From an uncultured Sphingomonas sp. (GTDB lineage: Bacteria > Pseudomonadota > Alphaproteobacteria > Sphingomonadales > Sphingomonadaceae): 39,189 nucleotides of DNA. Location: the NCBI GenBank assembly GCA_965727025.1, contig CBFRWL010000001.1, forward strand, positions 1 to 39,189, read 5' to 3'. The notes beneath the pieces were generated by a model, which was not told the DNA's origin, did no database searches, and was given only the letters and a program-made list of their open reading frames with translations. Shown here one piece after another: positions 1-9,463 of this stretch (positions are counted from its first letter, which is position 1; each line of letters begins with the position of its first letter). The position numbers and the translations under genes are program-made.

Positions 1-755
1 TTCTCAGCCGTATCCTCGGTCGTCTGGCTGATGTAGATCGCTCGGCTCTCCAGCTCGATGGCCGCTTCGAGGCTGCCGGCCGACTGGTTCAGCCAGAGCG
101 ACTGCTTGGTAAGCGCGATGCCGATCGGGCTGTTGGTCGCGATCGAGTCCGCGAGCGCCAGCGCCTCGGCCTGTAGTTCCTCATCCTCCACCACGCGCAG
201 GGCAAGGCCGATGCTGGCTGCCTCCTCGGCGAGAACCGGGCGGCCGGTCAGCAGCATCTCGGCGGCGCGTTGGGTGCCGACCGCGCGCGGCAGCAGGTAG
301 GAGAAGCCCATTTCGTGCCCGGTGCCCGCATTGTGGAAAGCGTTCACGAATTTCGCCGACTTCGCGACGAGACAAATGTCGGATGCAAGCGCCAGCAGAT
401 AGCCTAGCCCTGCGGCCGCCCCGTTCACCGCCGCGATCACAGGCTGCGGCAGGGAACGCATCGCGACGGGAAGCTGGCTCAGCTTGGCCATGATCGCCCG
501 GGTCTTCTGCGCACTACCAAGGTCGCCACGCACCCACGGCGCCTCGCTGGGCGAGCGGATATCGTGCCCGGCCGAGAAGGCGCGGCCCGCGCCCGTCAGG
601 ATCACCACCTGCGCCTCGGGATCGAATCGGATCTCCTCCAGCGCCTCCAGCAGCTCGGCATACATCGCGAAACTGAAGCTGTTCAGAGCGCCCGGCCGAT
701 TGAGCGTGATCCGCCGCACACCGGCCGCCGGCCGATCCAGCTCGATATCTGCCAT
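1..755 (-). CDS. enoyl-CoA hydratase/isomerase (crotonase family); C-terminal end runs off the left edge of the window
   Basis: Absent from the ORF track because no stop lies in the window. My reverse-strand translation from ATG 755-753 gives MADIELDRPAAGVRRITLNRPGALNSFSFAMYAELLEALEEIRFDPEAQVVILTGAGRAFSAGHDIR...PVIAAVNGAAAGLGYLLALASDI...TGRPVLAEEAASIGLA..., a typical crotonase pattern. The frame stays open to position 3. GGAGGA lies about 10 nt upstream. Confidence 0.8.
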   Translation of the reverse strand, partial: MADIELDRPAAGVRRITLNRPGALNSFSFAMYAELLEALEEIRFDPEAQVVILTGAGRAFSAGHDIRSPSEAPWVRGDLGSAQKTRAIMAKLSQLPVAMRSLPQPVIAAVNGAAAGLGYLLALASDICLVAKSAKFVNAFHNAGTGHEMGFSYLLPRAVGTQRAAEMLLTGRPVLAEEAASIGLALRVVEDEELQAEALALADSIATNSPIGIALTKQSLWLNQSAGSLEAAIELESRAIYISQTTEDTAE

Positions 756-1099
756 GATACTCGTATCCTCCCCTTCGTTAGTAACAGCTGGAGCAAAGCC
801 TGCAGGGCGGCAGCGTGATTGCGGACCGTCCTATGGTGTCAGGACCGACAGACATCCGCAACGGCGGCTGGTCGAGGTCCATCGCCGCGAGCACGACAGC
901 AGCCTCGCAATAGATTTCCAGGCCAGCTCCTGCCGCCGCCGGAGAGTTGGATGATCGCAGCTTCGGTCGCTACCCGGCCGATGCCGCCCGACACGCCTCA
1001 TGACGAACCCGTTTGCCATATGCCTCTTCCCCGCTCATTCGGTCATGAAAAGGCTCTGAAGACCGTGGCTTGGCAAGCGGACCTTTGCGCCACGGCAAT

Positions 1100-1141
1100 C
1101 CATCGCGATCGCGATCATTACCAGCGATCCCCTCGCGATGG
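1100..1141. repeat. 9-bp inverted repeat CCATCGCGA / TCGCGATGG with a 24-nt spacer, ~57 nt upstream of the ferredoxin start; candidate operator
   Basis: Arms at 1100-1108 and 1133-1141 are exact reverse complements. The repeat lies in the 442-bp divergent intergenic region. Function is unproven. Confidence 0.2.
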
Positions 1142-1197
1142 CCGTCGGAGGATGGCATCGAGCGATCACGCCACAAGCAATTATCAGGACAGGGAAT

Positions 1198-1518
1198 ATG
1201 GTGAAAGTCACTTTCGTCGAGCCGGATGGCTCAGAGCGCACGCTGGACGGGGATCAGGGTTTCTCTGTGATGGAGCTCGCGGTGCGCAACGGTGTGGCTG
1301 GCATCGCGGCCGATTGCGGCGGCGCCTGCGCGTGCGCCACCTGCCATGTCTATGTTGATCCCGCCTGGTTGGCTACGGTAGGCGCGCCCGGCGACATGGA
1401 AAGGGACATGCTGGAGTTCGCCAGCGAGCCGCGTGAGAATAGCCGTCTCTCATGCCAAATCCGGCTTACTGCCGCGCTCGACGGGCTCAAGGTTACGGTG
1501 TCGGATAGCCAGCACTGA
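1198..1518 (+). CDS. [2Fe-2S] ferredoxin, adrenodoxin/putidaredoxin type (P450 redox partner class)
   Basis: ORF 1138..1518 trimmed to the ATG at 1198 (MVKVTFVEPDGSERTLDG...). Cys ligand pattern DCGGACACATCH (C-x5-C-x2-C) plus the distal SRLSCQI, as in putidaredoxin. AGGACAGGGAA lies just upstream. Confidence 0.9.
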   Translation: MVKVTFVEPDGSERTLDGDQGFSVMELAVRNGVAGIAADCGGACACATCHVYVDPAWLATVGAPGDMERDMLEFASEPRENSRLSCQIRLTAALDGLKVTVSDSQH

Positions 1519-1556
1519 GCCCGGTTCAGCCAGCGGGATGCACCGAGAAGCCGTAA

Positions 1557-1574
1557 GGGCGGCTCGGGCCGCCC
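1557..1574. terminator. GC hairpin between convergent ferredoxin and GMC genes; possible bidirectional terminator
   Basis: GGGCGGC-tcgg-GCCGCCC gives a 7-bp stem and 4-nt loop between the stops at 1518 (+) and 1580 (-). There is no U-tract, so the call is weak. Confidence 0.3.
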
Positions 1575-1579
1575 ACCCA

Positions 1580-3229
1580 TCAATCCCGCGCGTCCGTCCG
1601 GATCATATCCGCGCCTTTTTCGGCGATCATGATGGTGGCGCCGTTGGTATTGCCCGAGACGACCCTCGGCATCACCGAGGCATCCACGACGCGCAGACCT
1701 TCCACTCCCTTCACGCGCAGCCGTTCGTCGACGACCGGGCCGATGGCGCAGGTGCTGGACTGGTGATAGCCGGTCGATCCGGCTGCGCGCGCGAAGGCCA
1801 GCAGCTCGTCGTCGCTTTCCACGTTCGCTCCCGGCGTCAGCTCTTGATCGATGAAGGGCGCCAGAGCCGGCTGCTCCATGACCCTCCGCGACCAGCGAAG
1901 CGCCGCGACCGTGCCGCGCTGGTCGGCAAGCTCGGCGATGAAATTGGGAATGATAGCAGGCTGGACGCGCGGATCGGCCGAGCGGATATGGATGGAGCCC
2001 ATCGAATGCGGCCGCATCACGTAACCGCCGATGGTGATCCCCGGTTCAGATTCCATCGTCATCCGCCCGGTTTTTACCAGCGCTTCGAAATCGACCGTGG
2101 CGGGACTGGCGAAGAATTGTAGATCGGGCATGTCCACCTCGGGACCTGAGCGCAGGTAAGCCGTCAGGTGCGAGCCGCCGAGCGCAAGCAGGCCGGTGCG
2201 CGTGAAGGTGTAACGGATCATCTGGCCGAGCAATGGCAGTCCTCGCGACAGCGCGTTCATGCTGAGCATCCCGGGCTTCAGCCTACTGCGCACCATGCTT
2301 GCATAATGGTCCTGCAGATTTTCGCCGACGCCCATATTCTCGGCGATCGTAGGGATGCCATGCGCGCGCAGCAGCTCGGGCTGGCCGACACCCGACAATT
2401 CGAGCAATTGCGGAGAATTGATCGCACCACCCGACAGGATCACCTCGCGTCGGGCACGCGCGATGTGGCGCTCCCCGCCACGCTCGAACTCAACCCCCAC
2501 CGCCTTCTTGCCCTCGAACAGGATCCGGGTAGCGAGCGAGCGCTTCTCCACTTTCAGGTTGGCGCGCTTCATCGCCGGATGCAGGTAGGCAACCGCCGTC
2601 GAGCGCCGAAGCCCACGCTTCTGGGTCAGGCGGATCATGCTGACGCCCTCGAAGGTGTTGCCATTGAGGTCCGCCGCATCGGGCGCGCCGGCCTCAAGGA
2701 AAGCCTTGCGAATATTCTCCGACATGGAATGTTTGACGGGCGTATCGCAGATGTCCAGTGGCCCGCCGAGCCCCGCGAAGGTGGCGTTCCGGCCCGCTTG
2801 GTTCTCCGCCCTGCGGAAGAAGGGCTCAACGTCGGCCCAAGACCAGCCAGCGGCCCCCAGCTGCCGCCAGCCATCATAATCCTGGGGCAGGCCACGCACA
2901 TAGATCATGCCGTTGATCGAGGAGGAACCACCCAGCACCTTGCCGCGCGGGAAGGCGAAGGTGCGCCCGTCGGTGGAGGGATTGGGCTCCGTCGTGTAGT
3001 TCCAGTTGATCTTCGGATCCTCGAGCATGCTCGTGAAGCCCGCCGGGATGTGGATGTTCAGGTTGCTGCGGAACTGGCCCAGCTCCTTGAACGGGCGATC
3101 GTCGCCGCCGGCTTCCAGCAGGATCACCTGTGTCTTTCCGTCCTCGGTCAGCCGGTTGGCCAGCACGCAGCCGGCGGAGCCCGCCCCGACGATGATGTAG
3201 TCCGCTTCCCCAGCGCTCGTCTGCACCAT
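1580..3229 (-). CDS. GMC-family FAD oxidoreductase (choline/alcohol dehydrogenase-like)
   Basis: 549-aa ORF. N-terminal [36 protein letters not shown] fold, [15 protein letters not shown], and C-terminal [11 protein letters not shown]...VVDASVMP...GNTNA-like GMC signatures. Confidence 0.9.
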   Translation of the reverse strand: MVQTSAGEADYIIVGAGSAGCVLANRLTEDGKTQVILLEAGGDDRPFKELGQFRSNLNIHIPAGFTSMLEDPKINWNYTTEPNPSTDGRTFAFPRGKVLGGSSSINGMIYVRGLPQDYDGWRQLGAAGWSWADVEPFFRRAENQAGRNATFAGLGGPLDICDTPVKHSMSENIRKAFLEAGAPDAADLNGNTFEGVSMIRLTQKRGLRRSTAVAYLHPAMKRANLKVEKRSLATRILFEGKKAVGVEFERGGERHIARARREVILSGGAINSPQLLELSGVGQPELLRAHGIPTIAENMGVGENLQDHYASMVRSRLKPGMLSMNALSRGLPLLGQMIRYTFTRTGLLALGGSHLTAYLRSGPEVDMPDLQFFASPATVDFEALVKTGRMTMESEPGITIGGYVMRPHSMGSIHIRSADPRVQPAIIPNFIAELADQRGTVAALRWSRRVMEQPALAPFIDQELTPGANVESDDELLAFARAAGSTGYHQSSTCAIGPVVDERLRVKGVEGLRVVDASVMPRVVSGNTNGATIMIAEKGADMIRTDARD

Positions 3230-3286
3230 GTGCCTCTTCCGTTTCCGCTCCTGATCTCGCTGTCAGGTAGCACGTCCATCGTCCTT

Positions 3287-3318
3287 CGCATCCGTCTTGG
3301 GCACTGTTCGCGGATGCG
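3287..3318. repeat. 8-bp inverted repeat CGCATCCG / CGGATGCG with a 16-nt spacer in the divergent GMC/amidohydrolase promoter region; candidate operator
   Basis: Arms at 3287-3294 and 3311-3318 are exact reverse complements, inside the 150-bp divergent intergenic region. Confidence 0.2.
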
Positions 3319-3379
3319 ATGCCTCAAGGCTGTTCGGAATCGGCTGAGGGGCATAGATATCAGGGCGAGGAGACGGACG

Positions 3380-5131
3380 ATGGCCGACTATGACATTGTG
3401 ATTAGAGGCGGTACGGTGGTGGACGGCACCGGTGGCGAGCCGTTCGTGGCGGACGTGGCCGTGAAGGACGGTCGCATCGCCGAGGTGGGCAAGGTGACCG
3501 GCAAGGGCGCCGAGGAGATCGATGCTGATGGCCGGATTGTGACGCCCGGCTTCGTCGACGTGCACACCCATTACGACGGCCAGATCACTTGGGAGCATCG
3601 GCTCGCGCCCTCGTCCGACCATGGCGTGACGACGGTGGTGATGGGCAATTGCGGCGTCGGCTTCGCACCGATCCGCAAGACCGACCATCAGATCGCGGTG
3701 AAACTGATGGAGGGCGTGGAGGACATCCCCGAGGTGGTGATGACCGCCGGTGTGCCGTGGAACTGGGAGACCTTCCCCGAATATCTCGACGCCATCGAGC
3801 AGCGCGAGAGCGACATCGATTTCTGTGCGCAGCTGCCGCACTCGCCGGTGCGCGTGTGGGTGATGGGTGAGCGCGGTGTGAACTTGGAGCCGCCGACCGA
3901 GCACGACCTTGCCGAGATGCGCCGCATCACCAAGGAAGCGATCGAGGCCGGCGCGCTTGGCGTCTCGACCTCGCGCAGCTTCGCGCACAAGTTCAAGGAC
4001 GGCCGCCCGGCGCCCTCCGTCCAGACCGAGGATCAGGAGGTGTTGGCGCTCGCCGCCGGCCTGAAGGACGCCCATGCCGGCGTTTTCCAGATGGTGCCGA
4101 GTTACGACGTGTCTCCGCGTGAGCGCTTCGATCTGCTGCGCGCCATCGCCAAGGAATCGGGCCGCCCGGTCTCCTTCACATTCATGCAGGCCCCGCACGA
4201 GCCGTCCAGCGCGTGGCAGGACACGCTGCGTGACCTCAACAAGGCCAAGGAGGACGGCCTGGAGATTCGCGGCCAAGTGATCCCGCGCCCGACCGGTGCG
4301 ATGCTGGGCCTCGAGCTTTCGCTCCATCCTTTCGCGCTCAATCCGAGCTTCCGCGAGATCGAAAACCTTCCGCTGGAACAGAAGGTCGCCCGGATGAAGG
4401 ATCCCGCCTTCCGCGAGAAAATGCTCGCGGAGGAGCCGCAGGATCCGTTCGACTTCTTCCTCTATGTGCTGTCCGATCTGGATCAGATGTACGTGCTCGG
4501 CGATCCCCCGAACTACAATCCATCGCAGTCGGAAAGCATCTGCGAGCTCGCCAAGGCCAAGGGCGTCTCGACCAAGGAGATGCTCTACGACGTGCTGCTC
4601 CAGCGCGACGGACACGAGGTGCTCTACCGGCCGCTCGGCAACGCAGAGGGCGAGAAGTTCGAGAGTTCGCGGTTCCTGCTCGGCCATGACCGCACCGTGG
4701 TGGCGCTGGGCGACGGCGGCGCGCATTATTCGATGATCTGCGATGCGGCCTATACCACCTATCTGCTGACCTACTGGGTCAAGAACCAGACGCCCGACAA
4801 GGCGGTGGCACTGCCGGCGGCGATTAAGATGCTGTCGCGCGATCCGGCTGAACTCGCCGGCCTGCGCGACCGCGGTCTGATCAAGCCGGGCTACAAGGCT
4901 GATCTCAACGTGATCGATATGGGCCGCCTGCACCTCTACGCGCCGCACGCTACGTACGATCTGCCCGCAGGCGGCCGCCGCCTGTCGCAAAAAGCGGATG
5001 GATACGAGGCGACCATCGTTTCGGGCGTGGTGACCTATCGTGAAGGCGTCTCCACCGGCGCGCTGCCGGGTCGCCTGCAGCGCTTCGCCCGCCCGGACCC
5101 GGCGCCGGCGAAGGAACTCGAAGCTGCCTGA
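3380..5131 (+). CDS. metal-dependent amidohydrolase, N-acyl-D-amino-acid deacylase (D-aminoacylase) family
   Basis: Track ORF 2168..5131 is an artificial upstream extension running antisense to the GMC gene. The real start is the ATG at 3380 (MADYDIVIRGGTVVDGTGGEPFVADVAVKDGRIAEVG), preceded by GAGGAGA. Motifs: GFVDVHTHYDGQ (HxH metal site) and VVMGNCGVGFAP. Product is 583 aa. Confidence 0.85.
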   Translation: MADYDIVIRGGTVVDGTGGEPFVADVAVKDGRIAEVGKVTGKGAEEIDADGRIVTPGFVDVHTHYDGQITWEHRLAPSSDHGVTTVVMGNCGVGFAPIRKTDHQIAVKLMEGVEDIPEVVMTAGVPWNWETFPEYLDAIEQRESDIDFCAQLPHSPVRVWVMGERGVNLEPPTEHDLAEMRRITKEAIEAGALGVSTSRSFAHKFKDGRPAPSVQTEDQEVLALAAGLKDAHAGVFQMVPSYDVSPRERFDLLRAIAKESGRPVSFTFMQAPHEPSSAWQDTLRDLNKAKEDGLEIRGQVIPRPTGAMLGLELSLHPFALNPSFREIENLPLEQKVARMKDPAFREKMLAEEPQDPFDFFLYVLSDLDQMYVLGDPPNYNPSQSESICELAKAKGVSTKEMLYDVLLQRDGHEVLYRPLGNAEGEKFESSRFLLGHDRTVVALGDGGAHYSMICDAAYTTYLLTYWVKNQTPDKAVALPAAIKMLSRDPAELAGLRDRGLIKPGYKADLNVIDMGRLHLYAPHATYDLPAGGRRLSQKADGYEATIVSGVVTYREGVSTGALPGRLQRFARPDPAPAKELEAA

Positions 5132-5206
5132 TATGGCTGCGGCCGTCGCGCGGTCCTGCGCGGCGGCCATGCTATTTCCCCGACTGCCATGCACGGAGCC
5201 TCATCG

Positions 5207-5992
5207 ATGGACATGTTCTCGCTTGCCGGGCGCACCGCGCTCGTCACCGGTGCTTCGCGCGGGCTGGGCCGCGCGATCGCGTTGGCCATGGCGGAGGCCG
5301 GCGCCCGCGTCGTGCTCGCCGCGCGCGATGAGGCGAAGCTCAACGAGGTCGCGGCGCTGATCGGCGACAAGGGCGGCGAGGCCGAGATCGTCACCTTCGA
5401 GCTGGGCGACCTGCCTGCCGTCGAGCGCGTGATCCCCGGCCTCACCGACCGCGGCCTCGCCATCGACATCCTCGTCAACAACGGCGCGATCGGCGGCTGG
5501 GGCGCGCTCCACGGATCGACGCTCGCCAAGTGGGAGCAGATGTTCGACGTCAACGTGTCGTCCATGTACATCCTCTGCCGAGACGCCTCAGTCGGCATGG
5601 TCGAGCGCGGTTGGGGCCGGATCATCAATTTCGGGTCTTACGTCTCCAAGACCGGTCGTCCCAACCTTTCCGCCTACGTCGCCAGCAAGACGGCGGTGCT
5701 GGGCCTCACCAAGGCGATCGCCGCCGATCTCGCACCGAGCGGCGTCACCGTGAACGCGATCGCACCCGGTTTCTTCGACACAGACATGGCGGCGCCGACC
5801 GTTGGCCATCCACAGCGCGCCAAGATCTTCAGGGATGCGATCGCGATGGGCCGCTTCGGCGATCCGGCGGAGATCACCGGGCCGGCGATCTTCCTCGCCT
5901 CAGAGGCCGCGCGCTACGTCACCGGACAGATGTTGCACGTCGACGGCGGCGTGAACGGCATGCTGTCGCTGCCCGTCGTCGTCGAAGAGTAA
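5207..5992 (+). CDS. short-chain dehydrogenase/reductase (classical SDR)
   Basis: TALVTGASRGLGRAIA Rossmann motif, LVNNGA, SAYVASKTAVLGLTK (YxxxK). I prefer the ATG at 5207 (GGAG 9 nt upstream) over the track start at 5189. Confidence 0.85.
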   Translation: MDMFSLAGRTALVTGASRGLGRAIALAMAEAGARVVLAARDEAKLNEVAALIGDKGGEAEIVTFELGDLPAVERVIPGLTDRGLAIDILVNNGAIGGWGALHGSTLAKWEQMFDVNVSSMYILCRDASVGMVERGWGRIINFGSYVSKTGRPNLSAYVASKTAVLGLTKAIAADLAPSGVTVNAIAPGFFDTDMAAPTVGHPQRAKIFRDAIAMGRFGDPAEITGPAIFLASEAARYVTGQMLHVDGGVNGMLSLPVVVEE

Positions 5993-6097
5993 CCCGATCG
6001 CGCACGCGATGATGATCCCGGGGCCGTCGCGCGGGCGCGTTTCCCGTCCTATCGTCCCGCCAACACCGGCGCCGAGCGTCCGATACAGGAGCCTGAA

Positions 6098-7582
6098 ATG
6101 ACCCTCGATCTCGCTGGTCTCATGCACAGCGAAGAACTTTATGTCGGCGGCGACTGGGTGCGCCCATTGGAGGGCGGCGCGATCGAGATCGTCTCGCCGG
6201 CGACAGAGGTGCTGATCGGCAGCGTCGCCGAAGCATCCGAGGCGGACGTGGATCGCGCGGTGGCACTTGCTCGTCATGCCTTCGATCACGGCCCGTGGCC
6301 GCGGATGACGGCCAAGGAGCGCGCCGACAGGATGCTCGCCGTCGCCGCCAAGGTTCGCGAGCGCGCCGGCGATTTCGCCAAGGCCTGGACGCTGCAGGTC
6401 GGCATGCCCTTCGCACAGTCCCAATGGGCCTCGGGCATATATCCGGGCTATATCGAGTTCTTCGCGAATCTCGCGGTCCAGCACGGCTTCGAGGAACCGC
6501 GCCGCGCCGCTGGCGGCGAAGTGTGCATGGTCGTGCGGGAGCCAGTGGGCGTCACCGTCGCAGTGGTGCCGTGGAACGCGCCGATGCCGACCCTGCTGCT
6601 CAAGGTCGCGCCAGCGCTGGTCGCGGGTTGCACCGTGATCGCCAAGCCCTCGCCCGAGACGCCGCTGGAGGCGTTGCTGCTCGCCGAGTGCATCCACGAG
6701 GTCGGCCTGCCCGAGGGCGTGTTCACCGTGCTACCGGCCGGCCGCGAGGTTTCCGACTATCTTGTCCGCAAGCCCGAGGTCGACAAGGTGAGCTTCACCG
6801 GCTCGACCGCTGTCGGCCTGCACATCGGATCGATCTGCGGCGCTCGTTCAGCGCGCTGCACCACCGAGCTCGGCGGCAAATCCGCCGCGATCGTGCTCGA
6901 CGACGCCAGGATCGAGAGCGTCGTCGCCGGCATCATGCCCAATCTGGTCGGCCTGTGCGGCCAGCAGTGCGCCGCGTTCAGCCGCATCCTCGTCCCCCGT
7001 TCGCGCAAGGACGAGATCGCCGGCGCCATCGCTGCGGCGATGCAGCATGTCGTGGTCGGCGATCCGTTCGAGGAAGCCACCACGATGGGCCCGCTCGTCG
7101 CCAAGCACCAGCTCGATCGTGTGCTCGGCCTGCTCGACAAGGGCAAGAGCGAGGGCGCCAAGGTCGTCACCGGCGGTAGCCGTCCGGCGCATCTCGACAG
7201 GGGCTGGTTCATCCAGCCCACCCTGTTCGTCGACGCCGACAACGGCATGACCATCGCCCGTGAGGAAATTTTCGGACCAGTCGGCACCATTATCGCCTAT
7301 GATGACGTCGAGGAAGCGATCAACATCGCTAATGACAGCGATTACGGCCTGTCGGGCGGAGTATTTACCGAGGATACCGATCGTGCCTATGCGGTAGGTC
7401 GGCGCGTTCGCACCGGTAATTTCGGCCATAACGGGCGCTGGATCGATTTCACCATGCCCTATGGCGGCTTCAAGCAGTCGGGCATTGGCCGGGAGGGTGG
7501 TCTCGAAGGCCTCTATGGCTTTACCGAGATCAAGACCATCTTCCTTTCCAAGGCGCCCACCGGCTTCTCCGAGCCCGCCTGA
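6098..7582 (+). CDS. NAD(P)-dependent aldehyde dehydrogenase
   Basis: 494 aa. Catalytic-region motifs ELGGKSAAIV and GLCGQQCAAFSRILV, plus EEIFGPV. AGGAG RBS. The stop overlaps the next start (TGATG at 7580-7584). Confidence 0.9.
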   Translation: MTLDLAGLMHSEELYVGGDWVRPLEGGAIEIVSPATEVLIGSVAEASEADVDRAVALARHAFDHGPWPRMTAKERADRMLAVAAKVRERAGDFAKAWTLQVGMPFAQSQWASGIYPGYIEFFANLAVQHGFEEPRRAAGGEVCMVVREPVGVTVAVVPWNAPMPTLLLKVAPALVAGCTVIAKPSPETPLEALLLAECIHEVGLPEGVFTVLPAGREVSDYLVRKPEVDKVSFTGSTAVGLHIGSICGARSARCTTELGGKSAAIVLDDARIESVVAGIMPNLVGLCGQQCAAFSRILVPRSRKDEIAGAIAAAMQHVVVGDPFEEATTMGPLVAKHQLDRVLGLLDKGKSEGAKVVTGGSRPAHLDRGWFIQPTLFVDADNGMTIAREEIFGPVGTIIAYDDVEEAINIANDSDYGLSGGVFTEDTDRAYAVGRRVRTGNFGHNGRWIDFTMPYGGFKQSGIGREGGLEGLYGFTEIKTIFLSKAPTGFSEPA

Positions 7583-8457
7583 TGGCCGCTGACTTCACCG
7601 GCCGCGTCGCGATCGTCACGGGCGCCGCTGCCGGGCTCGGCCGGGCCTATGCGATGTGGCTGGCACGGCATGGGTGCGCCGTCGTCGTCAACAACCGGCC
7701 GCGCGACGGGGCATCGCGCGCGCAGCCGGTGGTCGGCGAGATCATCGCGGTCGGCGGCAAGGCGATTGCGCATGATGGCGCGGTTGAGACCGAGGAGGCC
7801 GGCCGCGCGATGGTGACCACCGCGATCGAGCATTTCGGACGCATCGACATCCTCATCTGCAACGCGGGCGTGCAATGGTTCGAGGATTTCAACGGGATGG
7901 ACCTCGCCGCCAACCGCGCGATCATCGATGTCAGCCTGTGGGGCACGCTCTACCCGCTCCACGCAGCCTGGCCGCACATGGTGAAGCAGGGCTATGGCCG
8001 TGTGGTGCTCACCGGTTCGGGCGCAGGCCTGTGGGGGCAGGTCAAGTCGGTTCCCTATTCGGCGGTCAAGGCGGCGATGATCGGCATCGCGCGAGGCATC
8101 GCGCTGGACGTGCCGGAAGGCGCCGATATCCGCGCCAACGTGATCGCGCCGGTCGCCTATACCTCAATGTCGAACAGCGTGCTCGGCGAGGAATGGGCTG
8201 ACTTCCTCTCCCCCGATCACGTCGCCCGCATCGTCGGCTGGCTGGCCAGCGAGGACTGCCGGGAAAGCGGCATGATCTATCATGGCGGCGCCGGGCGGGT
8301 GCGCCGCACCCGCCTCATCGAGAGCGAAACGGTGGAGCTGGGCGACGATGTCGGCGCCGCGCTCGCCACCATCCCCGACGGGCACGAGCCCGCAAGCTCG
8401 TTCGCGGCCGGCGCCGAGCTGATCCCGGAATTCACCACAGGATCGCCCCCGCGCTGA
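7582..8457 (+). CDS. SDR resembling the dehydrogenase domain of multifunctional enzyme type 2 / Hsd4A-like (3R)-hydroxyacyl-CoA dehydrogenases
   Basis: GRVAIVTGAAAGLGRAYAMWLARHGCAVVVNN, ILICNAG, PYSAVKAAMIG (YxxxK). Translationally coupled to the ALDH gene. Confidence 0.8.
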   Translation: MAADFTGRVAIVTGAAAGLGRAYAMWLARHGCAVVVNNRPRDGASRAQPVVGEIIAVGGKAIAHDGAVETEEAGRAMVTTAIEHFGRIDILICNAGVQWFEDFNGMDLAANRAIIDVSLWGTLYPLHAAWPHMVKQGYGRVVLTGSGAGLWGQVKSVPYSAVKAAMIGIARGIALDVPEGADIRANVIAPVAYTSMSNSVLGEEWADFLSPDHVARIVGWLASEDCRESGMIYHGGAGRVRRTRLIESETVELGDDVGAALATIPDGHEPASSFAAGAELIPEFTTGSPPR

Positions 8458-8487
8458 CGGCGGCGACGCAGGAGGAGATTTGACGCA

Positions 8488-9447
8488 ATGAGCAATCCCA
8501 TCCGCTTCGACGGCCAGGTCGCGATCGTCACGGGGGCCGGCGGCGCCATGGGCCGCGCCTACGCCATGGAACTCGCACGGCGCGGGGCTGCCGTGCTGGT
8601 CAACGATTATGGCGGCGACGTCCATGGGGGACAGAACGGCTCTGCCGGCCCCGCCGAGGCGGTTGCGGCCGAGATCAAGGGAGCCGGTGGGCAGGCAGTA
8701 GCCGACGGTCATGCAGTCGGCACCGGTGACGCCGCCCGGGCGATCGTTGCCGCCACAATCGACGCGTTCGGCCGGCTCGACATTCTCGTCAACAATTGCG
8801 GCACGGCGCTGCCCGGCCCCTTCACCGATTTCGACGACGAAACGATCGAGCAGCATTATCGCGTCAACGTGATCGGCGGCCATCACCTGATGCGCGCCGC
8901 GTGGCCGATCATGAGCGCGCAACGCTACGGCCGCGTGCTCAACATCTCATCCAACGGGGTGTTGGGCGTTGGCGGCAACGCGCCCTACGCGGCCGCCAAG
9001 GCGGCGATGCTGGGCCTCTCGTTTGACACGGCGATCGAGGGCCGTTCGCGCAACATTCTGGTCAATGCCGTGATGCCGACGGCCTATTCACGCATGGTCG
9101 AGCAGATACCGGACCGCGCGACGGTCGGCTGGTTCCAGCGCAACCTGCCGGCTGAGAAGGTGGCGGCAGCGATGGCCTTCTTCCTCAGTCGAGAGAGCGA
9201 TGTGACGGGCCGTGTCTTCTACACAGGTGGCGGCCGTCTAGGCACCACCCAGCTCGCCGAGAATGACGGCATCTTCGTGCGCGAGATCGACGCAGAGACG
9301 GTGCGGGAGCGGCTGGCCGAAGTGCTTGGGACCAGCCACCTGACGGTCACGCCCGACCAGGCGACGGCGGGCAAGCGCTACATGGACGCGCTGCCTTGGG
9401 ACGGGGAGACCACGCCCAACTTCCAGCCGGATTTCGACGACGCCTGA
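8488..9447 (+). CDS. SDR of the same MFE-2/Hsd4A-like subtype; tandem paralogue of 7582..8457
   Basis: GQVAIVTGAGGAMGRAYAMELARRGAAVLVNDYGGD, ILVNNCG, PYAAAKAAMLG. AGGAGGAGA RBS. Confidence 0.85.
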   Translation: MSNPIRFDGQVAIVTGAGGAMGRAYAMELARRGAAVLVNDYGGDVHGGQNGSAGPAEAVAAEIKGAGGQAVADGHAVGTGDAARAIVAATIDAFGRLDILVNNCGTALPGPFTDFDDETIEQHYRVNVIGGHHLMRAAWPIMSAQRYGRVLNISSNGVLGVGGNAPYAAAKAAMLGLSFDTAIEGRSRNILVNAVMPTAYSRMVEQIPDRATVGWFQRNLPAEKVAAAMAFFLSRESDVTGRVFYTGGGRLGTTQLAENDGIFVREIDAETVRERLAEVLGTSHLTVTPDQATAGKRYMDALPWDGETTPNFQPDFDDA

Positions 9448-9463
9448 ACCGCGCCTTCGGCCT

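Noticed and set aside
2168-3379. The first ~400 codons of the 987-aa ORF 2168..5131
   Set aside because: It runs antisense to the well-supported GMC oxidoreductase gene. It is rich in Arg, Ala, Gly and Pro and has no recognisable motifs. The amidohydrolase homology begins only at the ATG at 3380, which has its own RBS.
3263-5194. 643-aa ORF on the minus strand
   Set aside because: It is an antisense shadow ORF of the amidohydrolase gene, typical of high-GC DNA. Its composition is low-complexity (R/A/G/H-rich) with no family signature.
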